Assembly: GCF_004010195.1 (NCBI RefSeq)
Contig: NC_057720.1
Span: forward strand, 2,895,160-2,959,159
DNA: 64,000 nt
Direction: 5' to 3'
Origin: Chiloscyllium plagiosum
Taxonomy: Eukaryota
Shown here in pieces: positions 1-12,227 of the stretch. Each line of letters opens with the position of its first letter. Position 1 is the first letter of the stretch. The notes beneath the pieces are model-generated. The model saw nothing but the letters and a program-made list of their open reading frames with translations. It ran no database searches and was not told the DNA's origin. Made by a program: the position numbers and the translations under genes.

Positions 1-2363
1 AAGGCAGGGCAGGTGACTGAGGTGTCAGTGGGGGAGTACTTTGGGGCCAGAGACCATAATTCTATTCGTTTTAAAATAGTGATGGGAAAGGATAGACCAG
101 ATCTAAAATTTGAAGTTCTAAATTGGAGAAAGGCTAATTTTGATGGTATTAGGGTGGCACGGTGGATCAGTGGTTAGCACTGCTGCCTCACAGCACCAGG
201 GTCCCGGGTTCGATTCCAGCCTCGGGCAACTGTCTGTGTGGAGTTTGCACATTCTCCCCGTGTCTGCGTGGGATTCCTCTGGGTGCTCCGGTTTCCTCCC
301 ACAGTCTAAAAATTTGCAGGTTAGGTGGATTGGCCATGCTAAATTGTCCAAAGTGTTAGGTACATTCGTCAGAGGGAAATGGGTCTGAGTGGGTTACTCT
401 TCGGAGGGTAGGTGTGGACTTGTTGGGCCAAAAGGCTGTCAGGAATCTAACTTTTGAAAGTTGATTGGAGGCAGTTGTTCGCAGGTAAAGGGACGGCTGG
501 AAAATGGGAAGCCTTCAGAAATGAGATAACAAGAATCCAGAGAAAGTATATTCCTGTCAGGGTGAAAGGGAAGGCTGGTAGGTATAGGGTTTACTGGATG
601 ACTAAAGAAATTGAGTGTTTGGTTAAGAAAAAGAAGGAAGCATATGTCAGGTATAGACAGGATACATCGAGTGAATCCTTACAAGAGTATAAAGGAAGTA
701 GGAGTATACTTAAGAGGGAAATCAGGACGGCAAAAAGGGGACATGTTATAGCTTTGGCAAATAGAATTAAGGAGAATGGAAAGAATTTTTACAAATATAT
801 TAAGGACAAAAGGGTAACTAGGGAGAGAATAGGGCTCCTCAAAGATCAGCAAGGCGGCCTTTGTGTGGAGCCACAGAAAATGGTGGAGATACTAAATAAA
901 TATTTTGCATCAGTATTTACTGTGGAAAAGGATATGGAAGATATAGACTGGAGGGAAATAGATGGTGACATCTTGCAAAATGTCCAGATTACAGAGGAGG
1001 AAGTGCTGGATGTCTTGAAATGGTTAAAAGTGGGATAAATCCCCAGGACCTGATCAGGTGTACCCAAGAACTCTATGGGAAGCTCGAAGTGATTGCTGGA
1101 TCTCTTGCTGAGGTTTTTGTATCATTGATAGTCACGGGTGAGGTGCCGGAAGACTGGAGGTTGGCAAACGTGGTGCCACTGTTTAAGAAGGGCGGTAAAG
1201 ACAAGCCAGGGAACTATAGACCAGTGAGCCTGACCTCAGTGGTGGGCAAGTTGTTCGAGGGAATCCTGAGGGACAGGATGTACACGTATTTGGAAAGGCA
1301 AGGACTGATTAGGGATAGTCTACATGGCTGTGTGCGTGGGAAATCATGTCTCATAAACTTGATTGAGTTTTTGGAAGAAGTAACACAGAAGATTGATGAG
1401 GGCAGAGCAGTAGATGTGATCTATATGGACTTCAGTAAGGCGTTCGACAAGGTTCCCCATGGGAGACTGNNNNNGGGTTGTTTTTCAGACTGGAGGCCTG
1501 TGACCAGTGGAGTGCCACAAGGATCGGTGCTGGGCCCTCTACTTTTTGTCATTTACATAAATGATTTGGATGCGAGCATAAGAGGTACTGTTAGTAAGTT
1601 TGCAGATGACACCAAAATTGGAGGTGGAGTGGAAAACGAAGAGGGTTACCTCAGATTACAACAGGATCTGGAGCAGATGGGCCAATGGGCTGAGAAGTGG
1701 CAGATGGAGTTTAATTCAGATAACTGTGCAGTGCTGGACTTATACACTTAATGGTAAGGTCCTAGGGAGTGTTGCTGAACAAAGAGACCTTGGAGTGCAG
1801 GTTCATAGCTCCTTGAAAGTGGAGTTGCAGGTAGATAGGATAGTGAAGAAGGCATTTGGTGTGCTTTTCTTTATTGGTCAGAGCATTGAGTACAGGAGTT
1901 GGAAGGTCATGTTGCGGCTGTACAGGACATTGGTGGAATATTGCGTGCAATTCTGGTCTCCTTCCTTCTGGTCTCGGAAAGATGTTGTGAACTTATAGAG
2001 GTTTACAAAGTTATGAGGGGCATGGATAGGGTAAATAGGCAAAGTCTTTTCCCTGGGGTTGGGGAGTCCAGAACTGGAGGGAATAGGTTTAGGGTGAGAG
2101 GGGAAAGATATAAAAGAGACCTAGGGGCAACGTTTTCACACAGAGCATGGTATGTGTATGGGATGAACTGCCAGAGGATATGGTGGAGGCTGGTACAATT
2201 GCAACATTTAAGAGGCATTTGGATGGGTATATGAATAGGAAGGGTTTGGAGGGATATGGGCCGGGTGCTGGCAGGTGGGACTAGATTGGGTTGGGATATC
2301 TGGTCGGCATGGACAGGTTGGACCGAAGGGTCTATTTCCATGCTGTACATCTCTATGACTCTA
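1..2363 (+). mobile_element. CR1-clade LINE, decayed ORF2 (RT) plus 3' end
   Basis: Frameshifted RT motifs [39 protein letters not shown]; 3' tail ctctatgactctatg. Confidence 0.92.
151..448 (+). mobile_element. HE1-type tRNA-derived SINE inserted in the CR1
   Basis: gggtggcacggtggatcagtggttagcactgctgcctcacagc A-box head, ggttcgattcc B-box, conserved ctgtgtggagtttgcacattctcccc core. Confidence 0.88.
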
Positions 2364-4305
2364 TGAAATATGTTTAGCAAACAGGGTTAAGGAAAATCCC
2401 AAAGCCTTTTATTCATATATAAGGAGCAAGAGGGTAACGAGGGAAAGGATTGGCCCACTCAAGGGCAAAGGAGAGAAGTTATGCATGGAGTCAGAGAAAA
2501 TGGGTGATATTCTTAACGAGTACTTTGTATCGGTATTCACCGAGGAGAGGGACATTATGGATATTGAGGTTCGGGATAGATGTTTGAGTACTCTTGGTCA
2601 TATTGGCATAAGAAGGGATGAAATGTTGGGTATTCTAAAAGGCATTAAGGTCGGCAAGTCATAGTCATAGAGATGTACAGCACGGAAACAGACCCTTCAG
2701 TCCAACTCGTCCATGCCAACCAGATATCCTAACCTAATCTAGTCCCAAGTCCCCAGGTCTGAGTAGGATCTATCTCAGGTTACTGAGGGAAGTGAGAGAG
2801 AAAATAGCTGGGGCCTTAAAAGATAACTTTGCAGCATCCTCGAACACGAGTGAGGTCCAGAGGACTGGAGAATTGCTCATGATGTCCTATTGTTTAAGAA
2901 GAATAACCGGGATTATCCAGGCAATTATAGACCGGTGAGCCTGACGTCAGTGGAAGGGAAGCTGCTGGAGAAGATACTGAGGGATAGCATCTATTCCCAT
3001 TTGGAAGAAAATGGGCTTATCAATAATAGGCAGCATGGATTTTTCCAGGGAAGGTCATGTTTTACCAACTTTATAGAATTTTTTGAGGAGGTGACAAAGT
3101 TGATTGAGGGAAAGGCTGTAGATGTCATATACATGGATTTCAGTAAGGCGTTTGATAAGGTTCCCCATGGTAAGCTGATGGAGAAAGTGAAGTCACATGG
3201 GGTCCAGGGTGTGCTAGCTAGATGGATAGAGAACTGGCTGGGCAGCAGGAGACAGAGAGTAGTAGTGGAAGGGAGTTTCTCAAAATGGAGACTTGTGACC
3301 AGTGGTGCCCCACAGGGATCCGTGTTGGGACCACTGTTGTTTGTGATATACATAAATGATTTACAGGAAGGTATAGGTGGTCTGATTAGTAGGATTGCAG
3401 ATAACACTAAGATTGGTGGAGTAACAAATAGTGAAGGGGAATATCAGAGAATACAGCAGAATATAGATAGACTGGAGATTGGGCAGAGATATGGCAGATG
3501 GAGTTCAATCCTGGCAAATGCGAGGTGATACATTTTGGAAGATCCAATTCCAGAGCAAATGGTACAGTAAATGGAAAAGCCCTGGGGAAAATTGATGTAC
3601 AGAGAGATCTGGGTGTTCAAAGTCCACTGTTCCCTGAAGATGGCAACATACATCGATAGAGTGGTCAAGAAGGCATACGGCATGCTTTCCTTCATAAGAC
3701 GGGGTCTTGAGTACAAGAATTGGCAGGTCCTGTTATAGTTGTATGGGACTTTGGTTTGGCCACATTTGCAATACAGTGTACAGTTCTGGTTGCCACATTA
3801 CCAAACGGATGTGGATGCTTTGGAGAGGGTGCAGAGGAGGCTCACCAGGATGTTGCCTGGTATGGAGGGTGCTAGCTATGAAGAGAGGTTGAGTAGATTA
3901 GGATTATTTTCATTAGAAAGATGGAGGTTGAGGGGGGGACCTGATTGAGGTCTACAAAATCATGAGAGGTATAGAGAGGGTGGATAGCAAGAAGCCTTTT
4001 CCCCTGAGTGAGGATCTCAATTACTAGGGGTCATGAGTTCAAAGTGACAGGGGAAAGGTTTAGGGGAGGTATAGTGGAAAATTCTTTGTGCAGAGGGTGG
4101 TGGGGGCCTGGAACGTGTTGTCAGCTGAGGTGGTATAGGTGGGAACGATAGTGTGATTTAAGATGTATCTAGACGGATACATGAATGGGCAGGGAGCAGA
4201 GGGATACAGATCCTTAGAAAATAGGTGGCAGGTTTAGATCGAGGATCTGGATCAGCGCAGGCTTGGAGGGTTGAAGGGCCTGTTCCTGTGCTGGAATGTT
4301 CTTTG
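2364..4305 (+). mobile_element. CR1-clade LINE, second subfamily, decayed
   Basis: RT ORF fragments 2890..3528 and 3739..3948; a short minus-strand CR1 3' tail is inserted at about 2661-2744 between caagtc repeats. Confidence 0.9.
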
Positions 4306-4309
4306 GTCT

Positions 4310-4512
4310 TTACTCTACCTGTGTTCACCTATCCTTACCTCACCTTGCCCCACACACCCCCACCTAAAACCTTCCCCCACCCCCCATCTTTTATCTGCAG
4401 TTCCCCTTACATCCACCTGCAGTCCTGAAGAAAGGTTACATCCGAAACGTTGACTTTTCCACCTTGTGATGCTGCCTGGCTTGCTGTGTTCTTCCAGCCT
4501 CCTGCTCGTCCA
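4310..4512 (+). mobile_element. Penelope-like LTR fragment with minimal hammerhead motif at 4421-4455
   Basis: AGTC-CTGAAGA-AAGG ttacat CC-GAAAC-GTT-GACT followed by gatgctgcctgg...ttccagc. Confidence 0.65.
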
Positions 4513-5521
4513 CCATTCAATCATGGCTGATGGATTTCTCAACCCCATTCTCCCGCTTTCTCCGTATAAACCTTAATCCCCTTGGCAATCAAGGAACTAT
4601 CTACCTCCATCTTAAGTCTGGCCTGCATGTGACTCCAGACCCATGGCAATGTGGTTGACTGTTAACTATCCTCTGGGCAATTAGGGACAGCCAATAAATG
4701 CTTGCCCAGCCAGCAATGCCCGTAATCCATGAATAAATCTTTAAAAATATTTCTCACAGAGGGGCATATGTCTTCCTCAAAGGGTAGTAGAACAAAATCC
4801 TTGTGTTAAGACAGACATATGAATATTCATGATAAGAAAAGTTATTGGGGGGCGGTGGAAATGTTGAGGGATCTTATTGAATGGTGAAGCAGATTTATGG
4901 GGCAAGTGGGCAACTCCTTCATATATTTGTAAATAAGCCTTAGAACGATTCAATAATCGTACTGGCCAAACAATAACATTAATCATCTCATTGATAGGGA
5001 GAGTTTATTTAAATTCAAGAGAATTAAAATTTCTTTAACTAAATAAATCTAGATAAGTAAAAGCATTACTAGTAGTGACCATGAAACTTCAAATTATTGT
5101 AAAATCCATTGTTTCTGCCTTTTATGAAAGGAATTCTGCTGTTTGTTCCTGGGTCTGGCCCACATTTCATCTGTTTGCAAATGTGTGATTGTCCTTTCAG
5201 TGGCTTGGCAAGGCACTTTGTTTCAAACAGGAGCCTGGGGTTTAATAAGCTCACTAGTAATGAAGGCTGTTCTTGCCAGGGGCTCCCACATCCCAACAGT
5301 AGAATATTACTGGGATCAAAATAAAGCAGCTTAATCCGAAAATGCTAGGATCAGTCACCACAGAATAAGAGGCTTTTGCGCATTGTGGCTGTGTGCACTT
5401 TGGTGAGCTTATCCTGTTAGTCTGGTTTGTTGTTTTTACATCATCAGTAAAAATTGTTTTCCTTTGCAAGTATTTATTAAATTCCCTTTCAGACATTATT
5501 ATTGAATCTTCTTTCATACAC

Positions 5522-5790
5522 ATCCATCCTCACTCACTCACTCATACTCTTTCTGTCTCTCACTCACACTCACTCTCTCTCTCTGTGTCACTCACACTCT
5601 CTCTCTCTCTCTGTCTCTCACACACACACTCATACAGTCCACACACAGAGACACACACTCTCTCTCACACACAATCCCCACAAGCACCCAGTCCCCACAT
5701 ACGCACATACATGCACACAGCCTCACACAGATAAACACAAACACCCATACAGGCATGCACAGTCTCACATAGGCATGTGCACATACACAT
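5522..5790. repeat. Compound (CT)n/(CA)n low-complexity microsatellite
   Basis: ctctctct, cacacaca and cact runs. Confidence 0.9.
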
Positions 5791-6359
5791 GCCATTTCAG
5801 ATTACAACAACTCGTTGTGTGCTAGACAATGAATATCCTACCTGTTTGCATGAAGCTAAGAAAAAGCAAGGGATAGTAAGCATTGGACGGCTGCTAATCA
5901 GTATAGGGCATTGTCTAAAACTGTAAAGTGAAGGTGTTGGTAGCAAAGGGAATGCAGTAATCATCACTTATTTCAATCTGCAGACAGTCTGGATAGAACT
6001 AATGAGCACCAGGCTGTGGGAGAAGAATTTTTGGAATGTGCAATAAGATTGCTTTCTAGAGCAGTGGGCTGAGGAACCAACAGGGAACAAGTCACTTTAA
6101 ATCTAGCATTATGCAGTGAGAAAAGGCTAACTCATAACCTTGTTCGAGAGGAGTCTTTAGGGAAGGTGGTTGAAAATGGTGATGTTCGATCCAAAGCCAG
6201 GAGATTGCCCAGGCTGGGGCGATGTAGCTAGGGTGAGAGACCTGGCAAGCTGCTGTTGTTTTCCCTAGAACAGGGAAGGCTGAGGGAACTCTGATTGAGG
6301 TGCACACAGCTTTCGAGGCAGAGATAGGGAGAAACGTTTTTCTTTATTATTCATGCACA

Positions 6360-6660
6360 GGAGAGGGCATCATTTGTCATTAATTAAGAGTGTAATTAAG
6401 AGTCAACCACACATTGCTGTGAGTCTGGAGTTCGGTGTAGGCCAGACCAGGTAAGGATGGTAGATTCCTTCCTTGGAGGACATGAGTGAATCAGATGAGC
6501 TTTCCCCAATAATTGGCAATGTGTTCATGGTCATCATTAGACTGGTCCTTCCAGATTTTACTGAATTCACTTTCCCCCATCTGCCATGACAGGATTCGAA
6601 TCCGGATCCCCGGAACATTGCCTGGGTCTCTGGAATAACAGTCCAGTGTTAATGCCACTC
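6360..6660 (-). mobile_element. tRNA-derived SINE with L2-type tail (related copies near 24710-25085, 46910-47070, 59575-60670, 60740-61060, 62780-63020)
   Basis: Recurring ctggcctacatgtgactccagacccacagcaatgtggttgactc motif and ggttcgaatcc-like B-box. Confidence 0.7.
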
Positions 6661-6794
6661 CCCTTATTTTACCTCCTTGTAAAGGGATTTGGAACTGAGA
6701 GCATAGATTTTAGTTCAGAGGAAGCGGTTTAGATGAGTTTATGGAATATTATTTTCACCCAGAGGGTAGTGGCTATGTGAAACTCACTTGTGTA

Positions 6795-6946
6795 GCGGGG
6801 CCGGTGTTGGACTGGAGTGGACGAGATCAGAAGTCACACAACACAAGGTTATAGTCCAACAAGTTGATTTGAAATTCACAAGAAAGTTTGTGATTTCCAA
6901 TACACCTGTTGGACTGTAACCTGGTGTCGTGTGACTTCTGTCTTTG
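6795..6946. mobile_element. Fold-back Penelope-derived element (family B), central hammerhead region deleted
   Basis: Inverted arms aggttatagtccaacaag / cctgttggactgtaacct. Confidence 0.7.
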
Positions 6947-7011
6947 AAAGGATGGGAGATGCAGAAACCATCACAGCGTTTAAGAGGTATTTAGATGACT
7001 TGAAGCACCAT

Positions 7012-7431
7012 CGGTCAGGCAGCATCCGAGGAGCAGGAGAGTCGACCTTACGGGCATAAGCCCTTCATCAGGAATTTTATTGCTGGAACAGCACAGCAGG
7101 TCAGGCAGCATCCAGGGAACAGGAGATTCGACGTTTCGGGCACAGGCCCTTCTTCAGGGCCTGTGCCCGAATTCCTGAAGAAGGGCCTGTGCCCGAAACG
7201 TCGAATCTCCTGTTCCCTGGATGCTGCCTGACCTGCTGTGCTGTTCCAGCAATAAAGTTTCAACTTTGATCTCCAGCATCTGCAGACCTCACTTTCTCCT
7301 TCATCAGGAATTATCAGGCCTACACTCGAAACGTCGACTCTCCTGCTCCTTGGATGCTGCCTGATCGGCTGTGCTTTTCCGACACCACATTCTCGACTCT
7401 AATCTCCAGCAGCTGCAGTCCCCACTTTCTC
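7012..7431. mobile_element. Nested fold-back Penelope-derived elements (family A); inner copy 7077-7297
   Basis: Outer TSD tgact(tg/ta)aagcaccat at 6996-7011/7432-7447; inner TSD ccttcatcaggaatt at 7062-7076/7298-7312; perfect 83-bp inverted arms. Confidence 0.85.
7171..7206 (+). ncRNA. Minimal type I hammerhead ribozyme motif (predicted)
   Basis: ATTC-CTGAAGA-A-GGGC ctgt GCCC-GAAA-C-GTC-GAAT; helix I ATTC/GAAT, helix II GGGC/GCCC, palindromic ACGT helix III; activity untested. Confidence 0.7.
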
Positions 7432-8175
7432 TGACTTAAAGCACCATGATATACATGGTTCCGGGTCAAGTGCTAGAAAATGGAGGAGAGCTGATTGCCA
7501 CTTGATGACCAACATGGAGGCAGTGGGCCAAAGGGTCTCTTTCTGTGCTGTATTACTGTATGACTGCAGTGCTTCCAAAGTCAGGAGGGTAATAGAGGGA
7601 CCCAGACTAACATGACTGCCTAAAAACACCAAGTAAATGGGAATTTATTTTAAACAGCAAGTTATGACCTGGAAGCGCAGTGGAAGAAGTTCTAAGAAGA
7701 ACTGAGGAATAACTGAGAACTCAAAATGTTAACTCTGATTTTTCTTCACAGATGCTGCCAGACCTGCTGAGCTTTTCCAGCAATTTCTGTTTTTGTCTCT
7801 GATAATAATTTTCAAGGGGGAGTTAGATCAATGGTTACAAAGGAAGCATTTACAGAGACAGAGGAAAGAGCAAATGACTAACTGAGCTGTTGTTTCAGTG
7901 ATAATGGAACGAATGGCCTGTTTGTGAGCTACAAGGATCAACGGTCCCTCTCTGTCTCCTTTGTGCAAGAAACTGACTGAGTGATCTCACCACCCTAAAA
8001 CATTTATAGAACTGTTCAATAGTAATAATGGCTTGAGTTTGACTGGTAATGATAATGATTAATCAAATTAATGGCAATGATTGCTGATCTTAATGATTCC
8101 TCAAGTTTGATTAGTAATGGCATGGTAGATACCATCACGATTAATCAAACTCATGATAATGATTAGGAGAATGTA

Positions 8176-8317
8176 GGGACTGCATTTTCTGGAGATCAGA
8201 GTCATGAGTGTGGTGCTGGAAAAGCACAGCAGGTCAGGCAGCTTCCGAGGAGCAGGAGAATCTGAATTCCGGGCATAAGCCCTTCATCAGTGTGTTTCCA
8301 GCATCACACTCTTCGAC
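8176..8317 (-). mobile_element. Penelope-derived family A fragment ending about 50 nt before exon A
   Basis: gctggaaaagcacagcaggtcaggcagc...gggcataagcccttcatcag. Confidence 0.75.
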
Positions 8318-8370
8318 CAATGGTAATGATTACTAATGCTAATGATGACTGGTGTTTGCTCTCATTGCAG

Positions 8371-8478
8371 GGTGAACTGGGTTATCCAGGTCTGAAGGGG
8401 GAGATGGGGGAGAAGGGGGACACTGGAGCTCGAGGAGTTGCTGGTCCAGTTGGACCCTCTGGAATTAATGGAATGCCG
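8371..8478 (+). CDS. COL24A1: Collagen exon A (108 nt): GELGYPGLKGEMGEKGDTGARGVAGPVGPSGINGMP
   Basis: ctcattgcag|GGT...CCG|gtaagt; 12 Gly-X-Y triplets. Confidence 0.95.
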
Positions 8479-8971
8479 GTAAGTCCAGAACCTGGAAAAT
8501 ATCTCTCACTGAACTCACGGAAGCTCTTTATCTTGGTGGGCAGATTGCCTCTTTTTGAACAAGCTCTTGCTACAGAGAAACCAATGGGGAGCTAAAGGCA
8601 GGGGGTTAGAATCAACTACCAAGAAATTGGAAGCAAAGCTCACAGAGGTAGAGGAAAGAGCAGGAGACTGTTTAACTAATTGAGCTGCTGTTTCAGTGAT
8701 AAAGGAACGAATGGCCTGTTTGTGTGCTACAAGATTCAATGTTCCCTCTTTGTCTCCTTTGTGTAAGCCCCTCAATAATTCCAGAAAGGCTTGACCCTAT
8801 CCCTATTGTTTGCAGAGGTGAATGTATGTCATTTCTAGTGAGTATAAATGAATCAAAAGTTCCCACTGCTTTCTCCAAGGCAACACCTTGGCCAGTCAGG
8901 GTAACATTGTGTCACACCATCCTGACCTGAAGCTATATTGTCATTCTGTCAGTGTCATCAGGTCAAACTCC

Positions 8972-9295
8972 TGGCTGAGGGGTGACCTTATAGAGGTTTA
9001 TAATAGAAATAGAGGGCATAAGTTTAGGGTGAGAGGGGAAAGATTTAAAAGAGACCTAAGGGGCAAAACTGTTTCACGCAGAGGGTGGTATGTGTATGGA
9101 ACAAGCTGCCAGAGGAGGTGGTGGAGGATGGTACAATTGCAACATTTAAAAGACATCTGGATGGGTATATGAATAGGAAAGGTTTAGAGGGATATGGGTC
9201 AAGTGCTGGCAAATGGGACGACATTAATTTAGATATCTGAATAGCATGGACGAATTGGACCAAAGGGTCTGTTTCTGTGCCATACATCTCGATGA
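8972..9295 (+). mobile_element. CR1 LINE 3' end
   Basis: LRGDLIEVY...RGHKFRVRGERFKRDLRG and conserved 3' UTR. Confidence 0.85.
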
Positions 9296-9974
9296 CCCTG
9301 TGCCTGTAAGTCCTTTCCTAACAGCACTCAGTGTGTCCTTACACCCCAAGTACTGCAGGAATTTGAGAAGGCAGCTCATTCCCACCTCCTCAAGGGCAAT
9401 ATAGGATGAGCAACAACACCAACATTCCTTCAACACATTTTAGGAGCCAGTGACTTTTTTCCCCTGCAGTATAAATTGTTGTTATCCTTTGCAAATTTGG
9501 TATTCTTGCATTTGTCTTGATGAGTGCAAGATAAACAGCTTCAGCAAAGTCTGGATATCGATTACATAATTCACAAATAGGTCTCAAACAAAGGAAACCA
9601 TTCAACTTCCATTGTTAAACACCGTGCTGCTACTCATGTGAGTCAACCAAGAACTAACATTTGCTTGTTTTTTTTAAGTTGGTTCATGATCATTAACTGT
9701 GAGACCCAACACCCCTATTTCTTCTAAACTCCAGTGAATATAGTCCTAACTAATCCAGTCCCTCTTCATCCATCCAGTGCAGCCATCCCAGGAATCAGTC
9801 TGGTAAACATTTGTTGCCGTCCCTCCTTACCCAGAACATATTTTCTCAGGTAAAGAGATCAAAACTGAACACAATACTCCAGGTGTGGTCTCACCAAGGC
9901 CCTGTGTAATTGCAGCAATATAGAGATGCCTGCTCCTGGTACTCAAATCCTCTCACTGTGAAGGCCAACACACT

Positions 9975-11300
9975 ATTCACAAGCTGCTGGAGAAGATTTT
10001 AAGGAATAGGACCTATTCCCATTTGGAAGAAAATGGGCTTATCAGTGATAGGCAACATGGTTTTGTACAGGGAAGTTCATATCTTACAAACCGAATAGAA
10101 TTATTTGAGGAAGTGACAAAGTTGGTTGATTGAGGGAAAGGCTGTAGATGTGATATACATGGATTTCAGTAAGGTGTTTGATAAGGTTCCCCATGGTAGG
10201 CTGATGGAGAAAGTGAAGTCACATGGGGCCAGGGTGTACTCGCTAGATGGATAGAGAAAGGGCTGGGCAACAGGAGACAGAGAGTAGTAGTGGAAGGGAG
10301 TTTCTCAAAATGGAGACCTGTGACGTCCCACAGGAATCTGTGTTGGGACCACTGTTGTTCGTGATATACATAAATGATTTACAGGAAGGTATAGGTGGTC
10401 TGATTAGCAGATAACACTAAGATTGATGGAGTAGCAGAAAGTAAAGGGGAATATCAGAGAATACAGCAGAATATAGATAGATTGAAGAGTTGGGCAGAGA
10501 AACGGCAGATGGAGTTCAATCCGGGCAAATACAAGGTGACGTATTTTAGAAGATCCAATTCAAGAGCGAACTATACAGTAAATGGAAAAGTCCTGTGGAA
10601 AATTGATGTACAGAGAGATCTGGGAGTTCAGGTCCATTGTTCCCTGAAGGTGGCAACGCAGGTCAGTAGAGTGGTCAAGAAGGCATACGGCATCAGACGG
10701 GGTATTGAGTACAAGAGTTGGCAGGTCGTGTTACAGTTGTATAGGACGTTGGTTCAGCAATTTTTGGAATACTGTGTACAGTTCTGGTCGCCACATTACA
10801 AAAAGGGTTTGGGTGCTTTGGAGAGGCGGCAGAGGAGGTTCACCAGGATGTTGCCTGGTATGGAGGGTGCTAACTAGGAGGAGAGGTTGAGTAAATTAGG
10901 ATTATTTTCATTAGAAAGATGGAGGTTGAGGTGGGACCTGATTGAGATCTACAAAATCGTGAGAGGTGTAGACAGGGTGGATAGCAAGAAGCCTTTTCCC
11001 AGAGTGGGGGACTCAATTACTAGGGGTCACAAGTTCAAAGTGACAGGAGAAAGGTTTAGGGGAGGTATGGTGGAAAATTCTTTATGCAGAGGGTGGTGGG
11101 GGCCTGAAACACATTGCCAGCTGAGGTGGTAGAGGCGGGCACGATAGCGTGATTTAAGATGTATCTAGACAGATACATGAATGGGCAGGGAGCAGAGGGA
11201 TACAGATCCTTAGAAAATAGATGGCAGGTTTAGATCGAGGATCTGGATTGGTGTAGGCTTGGAGGGCCGAAGGGCCTGTGCCTGTGCTGGAATGTTCTTT
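9975..11300 (+). mobile_element. CR1 LINE, same subfamily as 2364-4305, 5' truncated
   Basis: Closely similar to about 2960-4305; RT C-terminal ORF fragments. Confidence 0.9.
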
Positions 11301-12041
11301 GTCCTGTGCCTTCCTCACCACCTGCTGCCCCTGCGTGTTTATTTTCAGCAACTGGTGTTCAGGGACCACCCCCCCCCCCCCCCCCCCAGGTTTGTTGCAC
11401 CTGCCCCTTTCCAGCCTATCACCATTCAGATCATAATCTGCTTCCTGTTTTCGCCAGCAAAGGTGGATAACCTCGCATTCATTCACAGCATTCCTCATCT
11501 GCCATGCTTTTGCCCACTCACTCAACTTGTGAAAATCACACTGAAACATCTCTCTATCCACCTCTCAGCTCACCCTCCCATCCAACTTATGTCATCGGCC
11601 AACCTGGAGAGATTGCATTTACTTCCCCCATCTACATCATCACTATATAATGTGAACATTGAGGTCCAAGCGCTGATGCCTGAGCTCCCCAAATAGCCAC
11701 TGAATGTGGCTTGGAAAAAGACCCATTTCTTCCTGTCCTATGCTTGCTGGCTGCCGGTCTGTCTCAGTCCCCTGCCCCCAGTCCCATGTGCTTCCAACAT
11801 CACTGTCACCAGTCAGTCTGCCTCCCTTCTGTGGTCTCAGAGCAGTAATTGAAGGTCAGAAAGCACACAGCCCCTTAAATGCTTGCGAGTGAAGAGGGCA
11901 TATACGGCGAGTGTCCTCTGAGCTACTGGAACATCAGGAATGAAGATGGTGAAATGAATGGGCCATGAATTGCTACCAGGTAGGGGTTTTCATATGCCTC
12001 ACAACTCCTCAACCCAAACTGTTTTGTTTATGTCTCCACAG

Positions 12042-12095
12042 GGACCAGAAGGGAAACGGGGAAAACCAGGACAGCGAGGGCGCTCAGGGAAAAAG
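12042..12095 (+). CDS. COL24A1: Collagen exon B (54 nt): GPEGKRGKPGQRGRSGKK
   Basis: tgtctccacag|GGA...AAG|gtttcc; 6 triplets. Confidence 0.93.
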
Positions 12096-12227
12096 GTTTC
12101 CTCGCATTTTTATGTCGGGAAAAACATTCGGGTCATTTAGTTTTATCGACAAAGTCTGAAATCAGTGGCCTGACTCAGGCCTCGAGGTTGGGAGCTGAGA
12201 GGTTATAATTGATGGGTTTGATTGCTC

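Noticed and set aside
151..230. tRNA gene-like A/B boxes here and at other SINE heads
   Set aside because: They continue into SINE bodies and lack a complete cloverleaf.
454..1998. Intact autonomous LINE reverse transcriptase
   Set aside because: Multiple frameshifts, internal deletions, a SINE insertion and an N gap at 1470-1474; no full ORF2 anywhere in the window.
8290..8595. Single-exon ORF containing collagen repeats
   Set aside because: Only 8371-8478 is exon; the flanks are intronic. The same applies to the other ORF-track entries overlapping exons.
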